From: Albugo candida
Lineage: Eukaryota
Length of the DNA: 64,000 nt
Direction: 5' to 3'
NCBI GenBank assembly: GCA_040437565.1
Contig: JBDOQK010000008.1
Location: forward strand, 124,001-188,000
The notes beneath the pieces are model-generated. The model was not told the origin of the DNA and did not search any database. It saw only the letters and a program-made list of their open reading frames with translations. This document shows positions 37,240 through 48,424 of this stretch, in pieces. The position numbers and the translations under genes are program-made. Positions within the stretch are counted from its first letter, which is position 1; every line of letters begins with the position of its first letter.

Positions 37240-39009
37240 TTATAAGGAATTGTTCAATACGAATTGATCGAAGCGTTCTTGGAGCTTTTGACGTTGAGCT
37301 AAACGCTTGGAGACTAAAATCGATTTGTTTTTCTTCCAAAATGCAATCTCATCTTCTGAAATTCCCAACGATGGTTCGTCCATCTCTTCTTCGATAGTTA
37401 GGTGATGGTCTTGAAAAGTGAGCGTGCTGGAAACGTCCCAACCCATAGAAGAAAGCAATTGTAATTCTTTCTGATTATCCAATTCAAGCGTTTTTGAAGC
37501 ACAGCTTGATTGGTTGAAAATCACGCCATCCACGATATCATCTTCATCATCTTCGGGACTTCCACTGGATCCAGTGAAGCTGCTTGTCGTGGCGACGCTG
37601 CTGGGCGATCGATTCATATCTTTTGTAGTTATAACAGAAGAATCCACAACCTTTTTTACACCAGTTTTGTTGCTGCTTGGAGGCACGATTCGCTCATTCT
37701 GCTTCTGCTTAGCATTTTTGCGCTTCTTTTTCTTCGCTTTTCGTTTTTCTTTCTTTTCGGCCACTCGTCTCGTTTCGTCATCTTCTTCGGCAAGTAGCTG
37801 TTCCATGATTTCATGTCCATGTAATACTTCCACCGCATTCTCAAAATTCCGACGAATCGACATCACAGCACAATGTAACAAAAGCTCTTCTGAGAGCTTA
37901 TCAGTACGTATTTTGGTCCAAAGAGCTTGTAATTTGTCCCAGATTACCATTCCAAGGCAAGTCAACACCTCATCTTGCGCTTCTGCAATCGTCCGAGCAT
38001 GACGATCCCCCCAATCTCCGACCAATTCTTGATCGGCACGTGAAACCAGTTGCATCATGTATTCCAGATGGGACGGGACAAAAAGAAGATTCTTGGATCT
38101 TGAGTACGAAATTTCATTGAATAAATATGAAGTGTAGTGTAAATCTTCACCGCTAAATTCTTCGCACTGGTTATCATGATACAAAGAAAATTCAGATCCC
38201 ATATATCCGCTTTGACTATCGTCAAAAGCGGCACAAGATTCACATTCGTCTTCGCTGCAACTCGTCCCGGTCAATAAATCGTAAGCTTCCAGAACTTTCT
38301 CTTTACAGCGACAACAGAAACGATGACGACGAAGATATGCTTCGAGATCCATCAAGAATTGATCAGAACTGATTTTGGAAATATATCTTTGCTGCTCAAT
38401 TGACAACTTCATCCATTGTGCTTCAAACATTGCTGGACGAGGCTTTCCTTTTGATCGCTGCGAGTGTAAGGGGCAGCGCACACGAGAGCATCCTCTCTGT
38501 TTTGCATTCGGCACTTTATTTGACCCAAGTATTCTTGCCAACGCGATACTACCGGAATGCTCATGGTGCAAAAATAACGAGAGGGTCGCATCTGCATCAT
38601 TGAGAAATCCATCGTTGAGTCTGAATCGCGACCCTTCTTCAAAAACGATGCCACAATACTGCGAAGTTGCACTGCAAGCGTCATGCATTTCTTCTTGTGA
38701 GTGGAGTGCGTGTACTGCCGCATTCGACGTGACACGATGAAAAAGGTCTTCAGTACTGGAGCGACAGCCAAGGCATGGAAGTATCTCTGTTGCTGTTTGT
38801 ATAAATTGATGGTAATTACCACTCAGGGACTGAATGCGCTCGGATTCTGTCAGAAGCTGCCATCTTTTACGAAATTCACGTGCTTCCATCGCGGTAGGAT
38901 TATGACACGAGCAAGGATAATGAGATATCATAAGCGCTTGTTCACTCGATACTGATTTTTCAATCAGACAAGCGTCTGTAGCGGCATGAGAGTCACTCGG
39001 CCTAACCAT
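37240..39009 (-). CDS. GGNBP2: Gametogenetin-binding protein 2 homologue (single exon, 589 aa)
   Basis: PCLGCRSSTEDLF, RCPLHS, LEAYLRRHRFCCRCKEKVLEAYDLL, DRHARTIAEAQDEVLTCLG, basic KKEKRKAKKKKRK and C-terminal ISEDEIAFW..RQKLQERF parallel the GGNBP2 motifs in order. Confidence 0.85.
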   Translation of the reverse strand: MVRPSDSHAATDACLIEKSVSSEQALMISHYPCSCHNPTAMEAREFRKRWQLLTESERIQSLSGNYHQFIQTATEILPCLGCRSSTEDLFHRVTSNAAVHALHSQEEMHDACSATSQYCGIVFEEGSRFRLNDGFLNDADATLSLFLHHEHSGSIALARILGSNKVPNAKQRGCSRVRCPLHSQRSKGKPRPAMFEAQWMKLSIEQQRYISKISSDQFLMDLEAYLRRHRFCCRCKEKVLEAYDLLTGTSCSEDECESCAAFDDSQSGYMGSEFSLYHDNQCEEFSGEDLHYTSYLFNEISYSRSKNLLFVPSHLEYMMQLVSRADQELVGDWGDRHARTIAEAQDEVLTCLGMVIWDKLQALWTKIRTDKLSEELLLHCAVMSIRRNFENAVEVLHGHEIMEQLLAEEDDETRRVAEKKEKRKAKKKKRKNAKQKQNERIVPPSSNKTGVKKVVDSSVITTKDMNRSPSSVATTSSFTGSSGSPEDDEDDIVDGVIFNQSSCASKTLELDNQKELQLLSSMGWDVSSTLTFQDHHLTIEEEMDEPSLGISEDEIAFWKKNKSILVSKRLAQRQKLQERFDQFVLNNSL

Positions 39010-39341
39010 TTCGCAAAAGATTGGACGATATATTCTTAATGGAGCGCTTAGTACACTCTGTCGGTACGTACATTACGGTCTGACACTCTAATTTTGGATC
39101 CGATCTGTGGGTGGACGTACTCTCGTGTTAAAGCCCGTGGAAATGTAGCGATATGATAAACAGCTGAAAGTAGAGAAAAAAGGAAACTGATTCAACAAAT
39201 CTCCTTATGATGCGATGTATATGTGCTTGCCTTATGTTTAATAAGAAGTGTTCATTTAGAGCTCTGTAATGATGTTAAAATCTGATAAAAACGAATTTAA
39301 TTCCATTGCAACGCTCGGACCGTCGTCTAACTGGAGGCGTG

Positions 39342-42300
39342 ATGCACGCGCCGTTTCCCCGCTCTTCACAATGGCGCTACTCTGCGGCCACCACAGCCAT
39401 AGATATGTCTGATTGTTTCGTTGCGATCGCATTGAAATACTATGACTGCAGTGTTATCGAGATACGACAGCTGTCATTGAGTGAACAACGCAGCCAAGAT
39501 ACGTCCGTTCCCGAGCTATCTGAGAGAAAAAATGCTGAGGAAACACTGGAATTACATGCGCATACCTGTACTATTTCATGCTTACGCATATTTAAAAAAG
39601 ATTGCTCGCATTATTGGATCGCTTCAGCTTCTTCGGATTGGTAAGACTAAGATCACAATTCAAGTAGTCAGAGCGCACAATCATCTCTTCCGGCATTTCC
39701 TACAGTATCGCGTTGTGGAAAGTCACATTTAATCCTTTTCAGTATACGCAGTACATGCTCACGAAACCAATCCCCCCGGATAAACCTTCATCTGTATGCT
39801 TTGATCATTCTGGCAGCCTCACTGCTGTCGCAGCAAGCCGCCTTATCAATATCTACATGATCAAGACGCGCGATATCTATTTGACGTTGGAAGGCCACTC
39901 CTCAGATGTAAGTATCCCGTTAAACTGATTGAGGCTCATCAAATAAACGAGCAAGCTCTCAGGTGTCGGCATGTGAGTTCCATCCAATCTACTCGAATCA
40001 AATTGTAACAGCATCAGAAGATAGAACGTTTAAAGTAAGTGATTTGTGCTCGCACCAAATTTCTTTCGTATTCCCTCAGATCAGTTGAAGCATCAATGCA
40101 CATATGTGCTTGGGTTGCTTAGATTTGGGATCTTGAGGCTTGTGCAGTCGTGTATCAATCAGCTGTCCTTTCGGCTTTTGCGATTCTATCAATTGCTTTG
40201 AATCCTTTGAATGGTGATGCCTCTGTCGGTTTCGCGGATGGTAGCGTCAGGATTTTCACATATGATGGAAGATACGCGAAAGAAAGAATGACAAAAGATA
40301 TCGCTCGTATCATCCGAAAACAAGACGAATCAAACCGAGTAAGATGCTTGCATACTTGACTCAAACGTTGTGACTCACGTCAAGTCAATTCGAAGGAAAA
40401 TCAAGAGGAAGAGCAAGATACAAAAGTCAAAGTGATTTCTTCACTTCCAAGCTGGGCGCAACGAGATAAGCGATATCGAAGTGAAGGTGATGTGCATGCA
40501 ACAGAGAACAATGGCACGGTTGAACCCAGCACAGACGCAAATTATGACATTGCAAAACTTCATAGAGAAGAGCCGTTGATTCCGATTCTTCGAATGAGTT
40601 ATGTTGTTCTTCAAGCTGATTCTACGTATCAAAAGTCAGAACACAAGCTTATGTTCAATAGTCACGAAGAAAAGCAATTGGTTCCAGAGAAGCACTTATT
40701 GCTTATCGCGACGTCGCAATATCTCATCTCCATGAACGTTCTTTCTTCAAAAGTGGCAATTTTGATGAATTTCCAGAATCAGTATCTGTCATTTGGCGCT
40801 ATCTCCAGAATCAAGGATATATGCTGGCACACCTTCGATCATCCGCTGGATGTCGCATGTGGAACTATGAGTGCATTCGAGCCAAAGGTGACCATATTTT
40901 CCGTAAAACCATGGAATCAGTTGGGCACGGAGGAATCGGAAAATCAACATGATCAGAATCTGGTTCATTCAAAACCGCATAGAAAGAGCGGTAAAACTCC
41001 AATGTCGCCACTCGATTGGAGCTCCATGATTCCTCAGGCTCAGCCGTCTGTCATTTCGATTCTGAATCTGCCACCTTTACCAGCTATTTCTCCTGATAAA
41101 GCATCGACAGGTTCAGTTGGAAACAAGCTCACGACGCGTTCACTTCGCATTCGTTCGTCTGGTTACGGTGCAGAGATGCCTTTTCAGCTCGCTCTCGCAA
41201 AAAAAAAGAGAGCGCAAGTTCGAAAAAAAAGCGTTTCTACTTCGAAATTGGAGCTCATGTCGAAAGAATATCCCGTTGATTGCGAGGCAATCCAATACTT
41301 TCAGCAAAAGCACATACTTCGTGATAGAATGTTACATAATGGACCTATCCATACCATGGACTTTTCATCGGATGCCAAATATCTTGCCACTGGAGGTGGT
41401 GATTACATCGGGCAGATTTGCAAGTTACCCATGAACAAGTACCAAGGCGAAGGTAATGTTTTTCTCGGTCATAATGACGCTGTCCGCCTTGTTCGTTGGA
41501 GCCACAGCAACAAAACGCTCCTCACAATATCTAACGATAAGCGTGCTTGCTTATGGGTCATCTCTAGTGACTTGCCATCTTTGACGTGGAACGGTGCGTT
41601 CACTTCCATGGAGTCAAGCGCACGGTCGACAGTAGATGGTCTAAATCGACCTCAGGCTGTCCCAAGACCGCAAAGAGATCGTACTGCTTATCGCCAAGAT
41701 GTTGTAGACGCGCAATTTTTTTACATGGACAAATTCGTTCTCAACGCAATTGGTAACTCCATTCGTTTGTACCAATACACCCTGGATACTCGATTTGCTG
41801 ATAGCAAGCGACAGAAATCAGGAAGGAAAAAGAATGCTTCTCTCAGTGAAATGAAAAATCAGTCAAGAAAAAGCAAAGTTGGCCATTGGGAATTTTCTGA
41901 TTTCCAGCAAGTCAAAGCTGTGACATGCATTAATGGATCGCTTTTATCGCATTCGATAGTTTTATCAGGCTCCGATCGATCCATTCGAGTTTTTGATGTC
42001 GCCACTGAGCAAACAGCGCGAGTGATCATGAACGCTCATGAGCGATCGATCCATACTCTTGCATTGCCTCGTGCTTCATGTTACACCAGTCATCCATCCA
42101 ACTATTATGACTTGCTACTGAGTAGTAGCTTTACAAGCGTCATCCATTTATGGGATCTTCGCACTGATTATTGTGCGATGCAATTCAACCAGCACAAAAA
42201 TCGCATCCACTCGATCGGGATGGCATTTTCACCTTGCATGCGCTATATGACCACTGGCTCAGAGGATCGGAAAGCCGTCACGTACGATTTGCGGACAGGT

Positions 42301-42432
42301 AGAGCACTGCATTATTTGTCAAGGCATACGGACGTTGTTACTTCTGTGGCATATAACCCATTGCATCCACAGCTTGCAACTGCGTCATATGATGGAACTG
42401 TTCAATTCTATAGCGATCAGCAAGGCGACTAA
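39342..42432 (+). CDS. WDR27: WD40-repeat protein 27-like, multi-exon
   Basis: N-terminal WD repeats (LEGHSSD|V..ASEDRTFK|IWDL), IRSSGYG, EYPVDC, DAQFFYMDKFVL, LSHSIVLSGSDRSIRVFD, SHPSNYYDLLL, GSEDRKAVTYDLR, HTDVVTSVAYNPLHPQLATAS. Confidence 0.85.
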
Positions 42433-42561
42433 AACCAAAAGAAAAAGAATGGTACTTGTATTACAAATGCACACTTGTAAGATACGATTGATCGAAGTGT
42501 CATTAAAGCATAATCGTTTCGATGAGTGTGTCTTCTAGGACTTATATGCTCCTCTTTATCT

Positions 42562-44216
42562 TTACTTGATTTCGATCTTGACGGCTGGAGAGTTGACAAA
42601 AGTACCTTCCTCAACGCCAGCATCTGCGCTCGAACAATTCGCTTTTGCGGTGTCCATCAAACCCTTCCTTTCAACGGTACCAGTGGTCTCCGTGTCAGTG
42701 TCAGTGGTTGGATCATCTTCGGCGGCTTTTTCAACTTTGGCACCTGCGATGGTGCGTTCTAGATCAAGTTGTGCTTTGCGTTTGCGAGCGATAAAGATTG
42801 CAATGATAACAATGACCGAAATCAGAGCAAATGTAGCCGATCCAAGAATTGCAGCCTCCTCGGTATTGATGCTGGTGATTTGTGAAAAAAAGTTCGTGGT
42901 ACTTGCCTTGGACTTTCCTGTCGCCAATGCTATTTCGTCCTCGGGTGTCTTAATGTGTTTCAACGGTTGCGTCAAAAACTCTCGTCGTTGGTTTGGAGTC
43001 ATGCATTGAGGTACTTGATCCTTGATCATCAACCAATTGACAATTTCACCGGCCTCACGGTGGCCGCATTCCGTTAACAATAATCGGTCACCTTCAGGAA
43101 CAAAGTTCAAAACAAATTTTCCTGGTGTTTGCTGAACACCTTTAAGGGTGCAGTTTACGTATATGACAGCATGCGACTGATTTCCGTCAGGAACTCGCTT
43201 TTGTTCCAGTGTTGTAAATGTCATGTTGAAAGTTGTGCACACTTTCGTATCATTGTACGCGAGGAATGCATACAATGATGCTCGAATCAGCCGTTCGGGT
43301 GTATGTGAAAGAATACTGACCCATCCATCCGGATCAGCACTGATTTTGTCAATTTCAGCCGCTCCATCCGCAAAGTCATCGATGACACCTTCTCGCTTGA
43401 AACCCTTAAATCTCTTGATGTCCTTGATTGTTTCTTTCTTCCCATTCTTTGCCTTCGGGGCTGGGGCGTCTTCTTCCTCGTCTAATTCTTCTACATTTTC
43501 CTCTGAAGCAGGTTTCCCCCTTTTTTTTGATTTCTTGACAGGAGTCTTATTTACCTCCTCTTCCTTTACAGGTTCCTTCTTTACAGGTTCCTTCTTCACA
43601 GGTTCCTTCTTCGTAGGTGTTTTCTTTGCAGGTGCTTTCTTCGTCGGGGTCACCTTCTTTTTCTTTATGGTGGGCTCGGGTTCTTCGTTCTCATCGTACT
43701 CTTCATTATCGTCCTCTCCATCACCTTCATCGTTCTCTTCCGTTCCATCAATGTCACCTTCAGTAGTAGATTCCTTCGTCGGTGACTTGGCGTCAGCTGA
43801 TTCTTTAGCCTTCAATCCACGCTCCGTAGTAAGCGCAAGGTTTCGGTGAGCAAGAGTGGTTCCATCTGAATCAGATAACGCGGATATGCCAGTANNNNNN
43901 NNNNNNNNNNNNNNNNNNNNNNNNNNNNNNNNNNNNNNNNNNNNNNNNNNNNNNNNNNNNNNNNNNNNNNNNNNNNNNNNNNNNNNNNNNNNNNTTCCGT
44001 TCCATCAATGTCACCTTCAGTAGTAGATTCCTTCGTCGGTGACTTGGCGTCAGCTGATTCTTTAGCCTTCAATCCACGCTCCGTAGTAAGCGCAAGGTTT
44101 CGGTGAGCAAGAGTGGTTCCATCTGAATCAGATAACGCGGATATGCCAGTAGTAGATAGAGTGGCTACGGCGGCGACAGCGACTGACGAAAACTTGAAGA
44201 GTGTGGATAGCTTCAT
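42562..44216 (-). CDS. Type I membrane protein: signal peptide, acidic and KKEPV-repeat region, Cys-containing (cystatin-like?) ectodomain, TM helix, short cytoplasmic tail
   Basis: MKLSTLFKFSSVAVAAVATLSTTGISA signal; (KKEPV)x3 and KKxPxKK repeats; TM AAILGSATFALISVIVIIAIFIA followed by RKRK. One continuous ORF once the gap duplication is collapsed. Confidence 0.8.
43738..44151. repeat. Gap-flanking duplication 43738-43894 = 43995-44151
   Basis: Direct repeat around the 100-N gap 43895-43994. Confidence 0.9.
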
Positions 44217-44232
44217 AGTGAAAGCTACCGAG

Positions 44233-44247
44233 AAAATTGAGAACTGA
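44233..44247 (-). promoter_or_regulatory. Oomycete INR+FPR-like core promoter upstream of the type I membrane protein gene
   Basis: Minus strand TCAGTTCTCAATTTT about 17 nt upstream of ATG 44216; a second similar element CCACTTTTTCTCAATT lies at 44261-44276. Confidence 0.65.
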
Positions 44248-44735
44248 TATCGAGAAAGTCAATTGAGAAAAAGTGGAAACAGAATAAGGTCAAGTCTTCT
44301 TTACTCACACGTGTTTTTGACTCATTTGAAAGGTGTGAGGTTTGTGGGTGGGGAGGGTAATGTACAGCTTCTGTATGCCGACTATGTCGCACGGTAGAAT
44401 TTGGTACAATATCTTGAAAAACACAAGCTACAACTGCCAGCGAAAAACGAGGAAAAACGAGGGTATAGCATAGTCGTGATTTAGAAATTCTAGCTTTTTA
44501 ATCTAAGAATGACGGGATAACGTTGCTACGTCATCAGTGAAGAGGTTATGCAGGTTTCACAGCATAGAGTCGGCTCAAATAGCACTTATCACAAGTCTTA
44601 TAAACGTTTTTACACATGCATCGTGCCACATGCCTTCGATTGCGTCAATTGACAACTTCTGCAAAGCTGATGTTATTTCATTTCCCTATTTCGATGTGAT
44701 AGCTTTGTTTCTCGTCTTGAATTCGATTTGTAGGC

Positions 44736-44887
44736 TTTCTTGCATGTTAACTAATATCGAANNNNNNNNNNNNNNNNNNNNNNNNNNNNNNNNNNNNNNN
44801 NNNNNNNNNNNNNNNNNNNNNNNNNNNNNNNNNNNNNNNNNNNNNNNNNNNNNNNNNNNNNTTTCTTGCATGTTAACTAATATCGAA
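44736..44887. repeat. Gap-flanking duplication 44736-44761 = 44862-44887
   Basis: 26-bp direct repeat around the 100-N gap 44762-44861. Confidence 0.85.
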
Positions 44888-44950
44888 TGCTAGGCACTTA
44901 GTCTTCTTCCACACGGTATAAGAATAAAGAGTTTTGAAAAAGTGTCTAGA

Positions 44951-47900
44951 ATGGCGGAATTTGTGGAAGCGATACTCGCTCAGGTACCATAACTTGTGCT
45001 GCGCATACCTGTGACATTATCTCAATGTACCAATGCACACTGTATGCAGATAGTCGGTAACATATCGACTGTATTGATCTTGCTGCTTTTCTATTTCAAC
45101 TTCTTATTATTCGAAAATTATCTACGACTGATAATTTGGGCCATTTTGTTCAGTCAAGCCTTACGTCAAGCAAAAAATAATTTCATCGAGATATTGCAAT
45201 ATTTGAGTGATGATCCTGCAGTGCCTGAAGACGGATTTCTGACATCGTTGGTCATAAAGTCTTGTGAGACGTTCTTACGCCATCCTACGGGGATGAAGCG
45301 CTCAGCAAAGGAAATGGTTTTGAACTACGGGGTCTTCCTTTTTTCACTCATCGGTGCTATATCGATGTGGTTACGCGTTGCTTCGTGGATGACGTTTTTG
45401 AATTACTGTATCGGATTCTGGATTGTGACTCTGAGTCTCATCAAAATCCTTGAGCGTCGTCTATTTTATTACCGATATTTCATCTCTGATGAGGTCTTGG
45501 TGTCGACATTACTGATTCTTGGATTTTTCATAACGGTTTGGGCAATAAGGAGGTAATGCCGGCACCTTATGGCTAAGTTTCTCATTTTGTTAGGGCACGT
45601 GCGTTATCATTTACTTGGGGACTGAAAGCTATTTGGAAGGTAGCCGTGCTGCGGTCGCGCTTTCCAACTGGCTACAGGCCAATTTTTTCAACGACGAACG
45701 TACTAAACAATTGTGGAGCCAGCAAATGGAAACAAGTCGTACCATGATTCACTCCGCAATCACTGGGGTTGAGCATTCTTATAATGAAACAATGTGGTGG
45801 CCACCGGTGAAGAGCATTGTAAAGACGTATTTCTTTGATATTAAGACAGGCTCGGGGAACGGAACCTTGTCGACTGCGAGTAAATTCTACTCACGATTGA
45901 GCCTTCCTGCGAACATGACGCTTTTGCAAGCGGTTTCTTACGCGTATTCCAAAGTGGACTCGGTGAATTTGACTTCGGTTCAATTATCTGATTGGACATC
46001 GAAGGGAATTGAGGTCAGTTCTATCGCAGTTGGATCGGTGGCGCAGCTATTACTGCTGATTTGTACGATTCTTATCGCGTTTGTGAGTCTCGGTATTCGT
46101 GCTTTCTTCTTCATTTCGTCTCTCTTTTACTTATTGTGCACAAAATGGGACCCTATTGAGCGCTTTGTTGAAGACTTGTTACCATTACAAAACGAGAAAC
46201 GTCCTCAAGTGGTAAGCTCGATACGAAAAGTGATTGAAGGAGTCTTCTTTGTGCCTCTCAAGATGTCAAGTCTCCACGCTCTCGTTACGTTGATATCATT
46301 CTCCATCGTGGTAAGCAAGCTGCCATAAATTCTTACATTGTCGGCCTATATAATGTGAGTGCGTATAGCGAGCTGATTTTGTCTATTTGGCTACCACATT
46401 GACTTTCTTCATATCAATCGTTCCAATTATTCCGCCATATTTGGTCTGCGTGCCCTGGGTTCTGGCCATCGGAGTCACATCCTCCTTTATGAAAGCGTTG
46501 ATTTTGTTTTGCGTTCAGTACATTGTGTTTACGATATTGGACGACATGCTGTACGAGAAGAGCATTGTTGCGCTAAATTCGTACGTATCAGCTCTTAGCG
46601 TTGTGTTTGGTGTCTATGTATTTGGATTCGAAGGAGTCATTTTTGGTCCACTTTCCGTTTGCGGAGTCTACTTTGCGTATGAAGTATCTAATCATGGAAT
46701 ACAAGCAGCACAAGATGATGTATCTCGAGNNNNNNNNNNNNNNNNNNNNNNNNNNNNNNNNNNNNNNNNNNNNNNNNNNNNNNNNNNNNNNNNNNNNNNN
46801 NNNNNNNNNNNNNNNNNNNNNNNNNNNNNTTGGTCTGCGTGCCCTGGGTTCTGGCCATCGGAGTCACATCCTCCTTTATGAAAGCGTTGATTTTGTTTTG
46901 CGTTCAGTACATTGTGTTTACGATATTGGACGACATGCTGTACGAGAAGAGCATTGTTGCGCTAAATTCGTACGTATCAGCTCTTAGCGTTGTGTTTGGT
47001 GTCTATGTATTTGGATTCGAAGGAGTCATTTTTGGTCCACTTTCCGTTTGCGGAGTCTACTTTGCGTATGAAGTATCTAATCATGGAATACAAGCAGCAC
47101 AAGATGATGTATCTCGAGGTGCTGATCCCAGTACAAAGATGAGTAGCGAGAACTCTGATGATGGTCAATCGTCCAGACATAGTAGCACTGACGCTTCTCT
47201 TTTGGACGACGAGAGTCATGAGGCTCTCAATTCATTGATCACAATGTCATCGACAACTCCGAGTAATAACAGCCTTACGAATGCGATGTTCCGAGTGATT
47301 AACGGTACTGAAAACCGCTTCAATTTACAACCCTTAGCCGAGAGCGTGCGACGTCGCTTCTCTCTCGACAACTCCAATGGCTCAATTTGCGTCACTTTAG
47401 TCGTCGAAGGACTGAAAAAACCGAGGAAAGTCAGATTCGTGCTTGATCGGATGTGGAGTATGCGTGTACTGTGCGATAACATCCGGAAAATGTTGCGCGT
47501 GCAATCAATACAAGGTGAGCTTACCAATCAAAACAGACTCATGATGTCAATTTATGATCGTATCCACTAGAAATTCTCACACCTGATGGCGTGCAAGTCC
47601 TATCACCCAAGCATATATACCCAGCAGAGATACTACATGTTCAAGTGCTGCCAAAGCTGAGCAAAGATTCGGTCACTCGCAAACTTGCCAGATCGTTTCA
47701 TTCAAGCCAATTTAGCGTACGACGTCGCTCAGAGAATGGTGGTGACCAACATTTGAATGATGATTGCAAGAGTGTATCGTTGAGTCGACGAGGGAGCCTG
47801 AAAAAAATATGTCAGTCGAAAAGTTCCACATATTTCTCGAAGACGTGTGGATATAGCCGCCAGGCACTTATACGGGTGTGTCCTCGGAAATCTGGAAGGT

Positions 47901-48100
47901 GTCGGATTACTCGCCATCGGCGTTACTCGGTACCAGTCCAGTGTGCGGTTGTCAAGTCCAAACGCCGTAACACTATATCATGTATGAATCTGCCAATCAG
48001 TCCCTTATATACAGCTATCACGAGGAACAGCGAGGCCAAACGTTGCTCGAGTGCAAGGGAACTAAAGCATTCTCGTTTGGATGAAAATGGCTACCACTAA
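44951..48100 (+). CDS. TMEM245-like / AI-2E-family multi-pass membrane protein with a soluble C-terminal extension, multi-exon
   Basis: YLRLIIWAILFSQALR, FFFISSLFYLL, IEGVFFVPLKMSSLHALVTL, SIVPIIPPYLVCVP and YVSALSVVFGVYVFGFEGVIFGPL match the TMEM245 pattern. Confidence 0.75.
46441..47118. repeat. Gap-flanking duplication 46441-46729 = 46830-47118
   Basis: Direct repeat around the 100-N gap 46730-46829. Confidence 0.9.
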
Positions 48101-48424
48101 ATGTAACGAGTCTGTGAGATTTGTTGATACTGATGTGACCAAAGCAAGATAATTGAGCCCATTAGGCAGTGAAGCTATCTTCAGAGAGGAGTTCCTTTAT
48201 CTTGATGTATTGCCATCCAAGCAGAGTCAACAAGAAGTCCTGCTTTCTAGAATTTTGTTATGAGGAACTGTTGCCAACTTGAGAGCGTAGTGCGCAGAGT
48301 AGAATATCGATGGATTAAAGCTTCGTGTGATTTGGAATTATCACCAAATTTTACAATAAATCAAGTAGAAGCCCATCAAATAAAATGTTTGCCATTGCAA
48401 TAACGAATCATGTAATCATTGCAC

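Noticed and set aside
42566-43849. Long plus-strand ORFs (147 and 208 aa) with FFTGS repeats
   Set aside because: Antisense shadows of the low-complexity KKEPV and acidic coding region on the minus strand.
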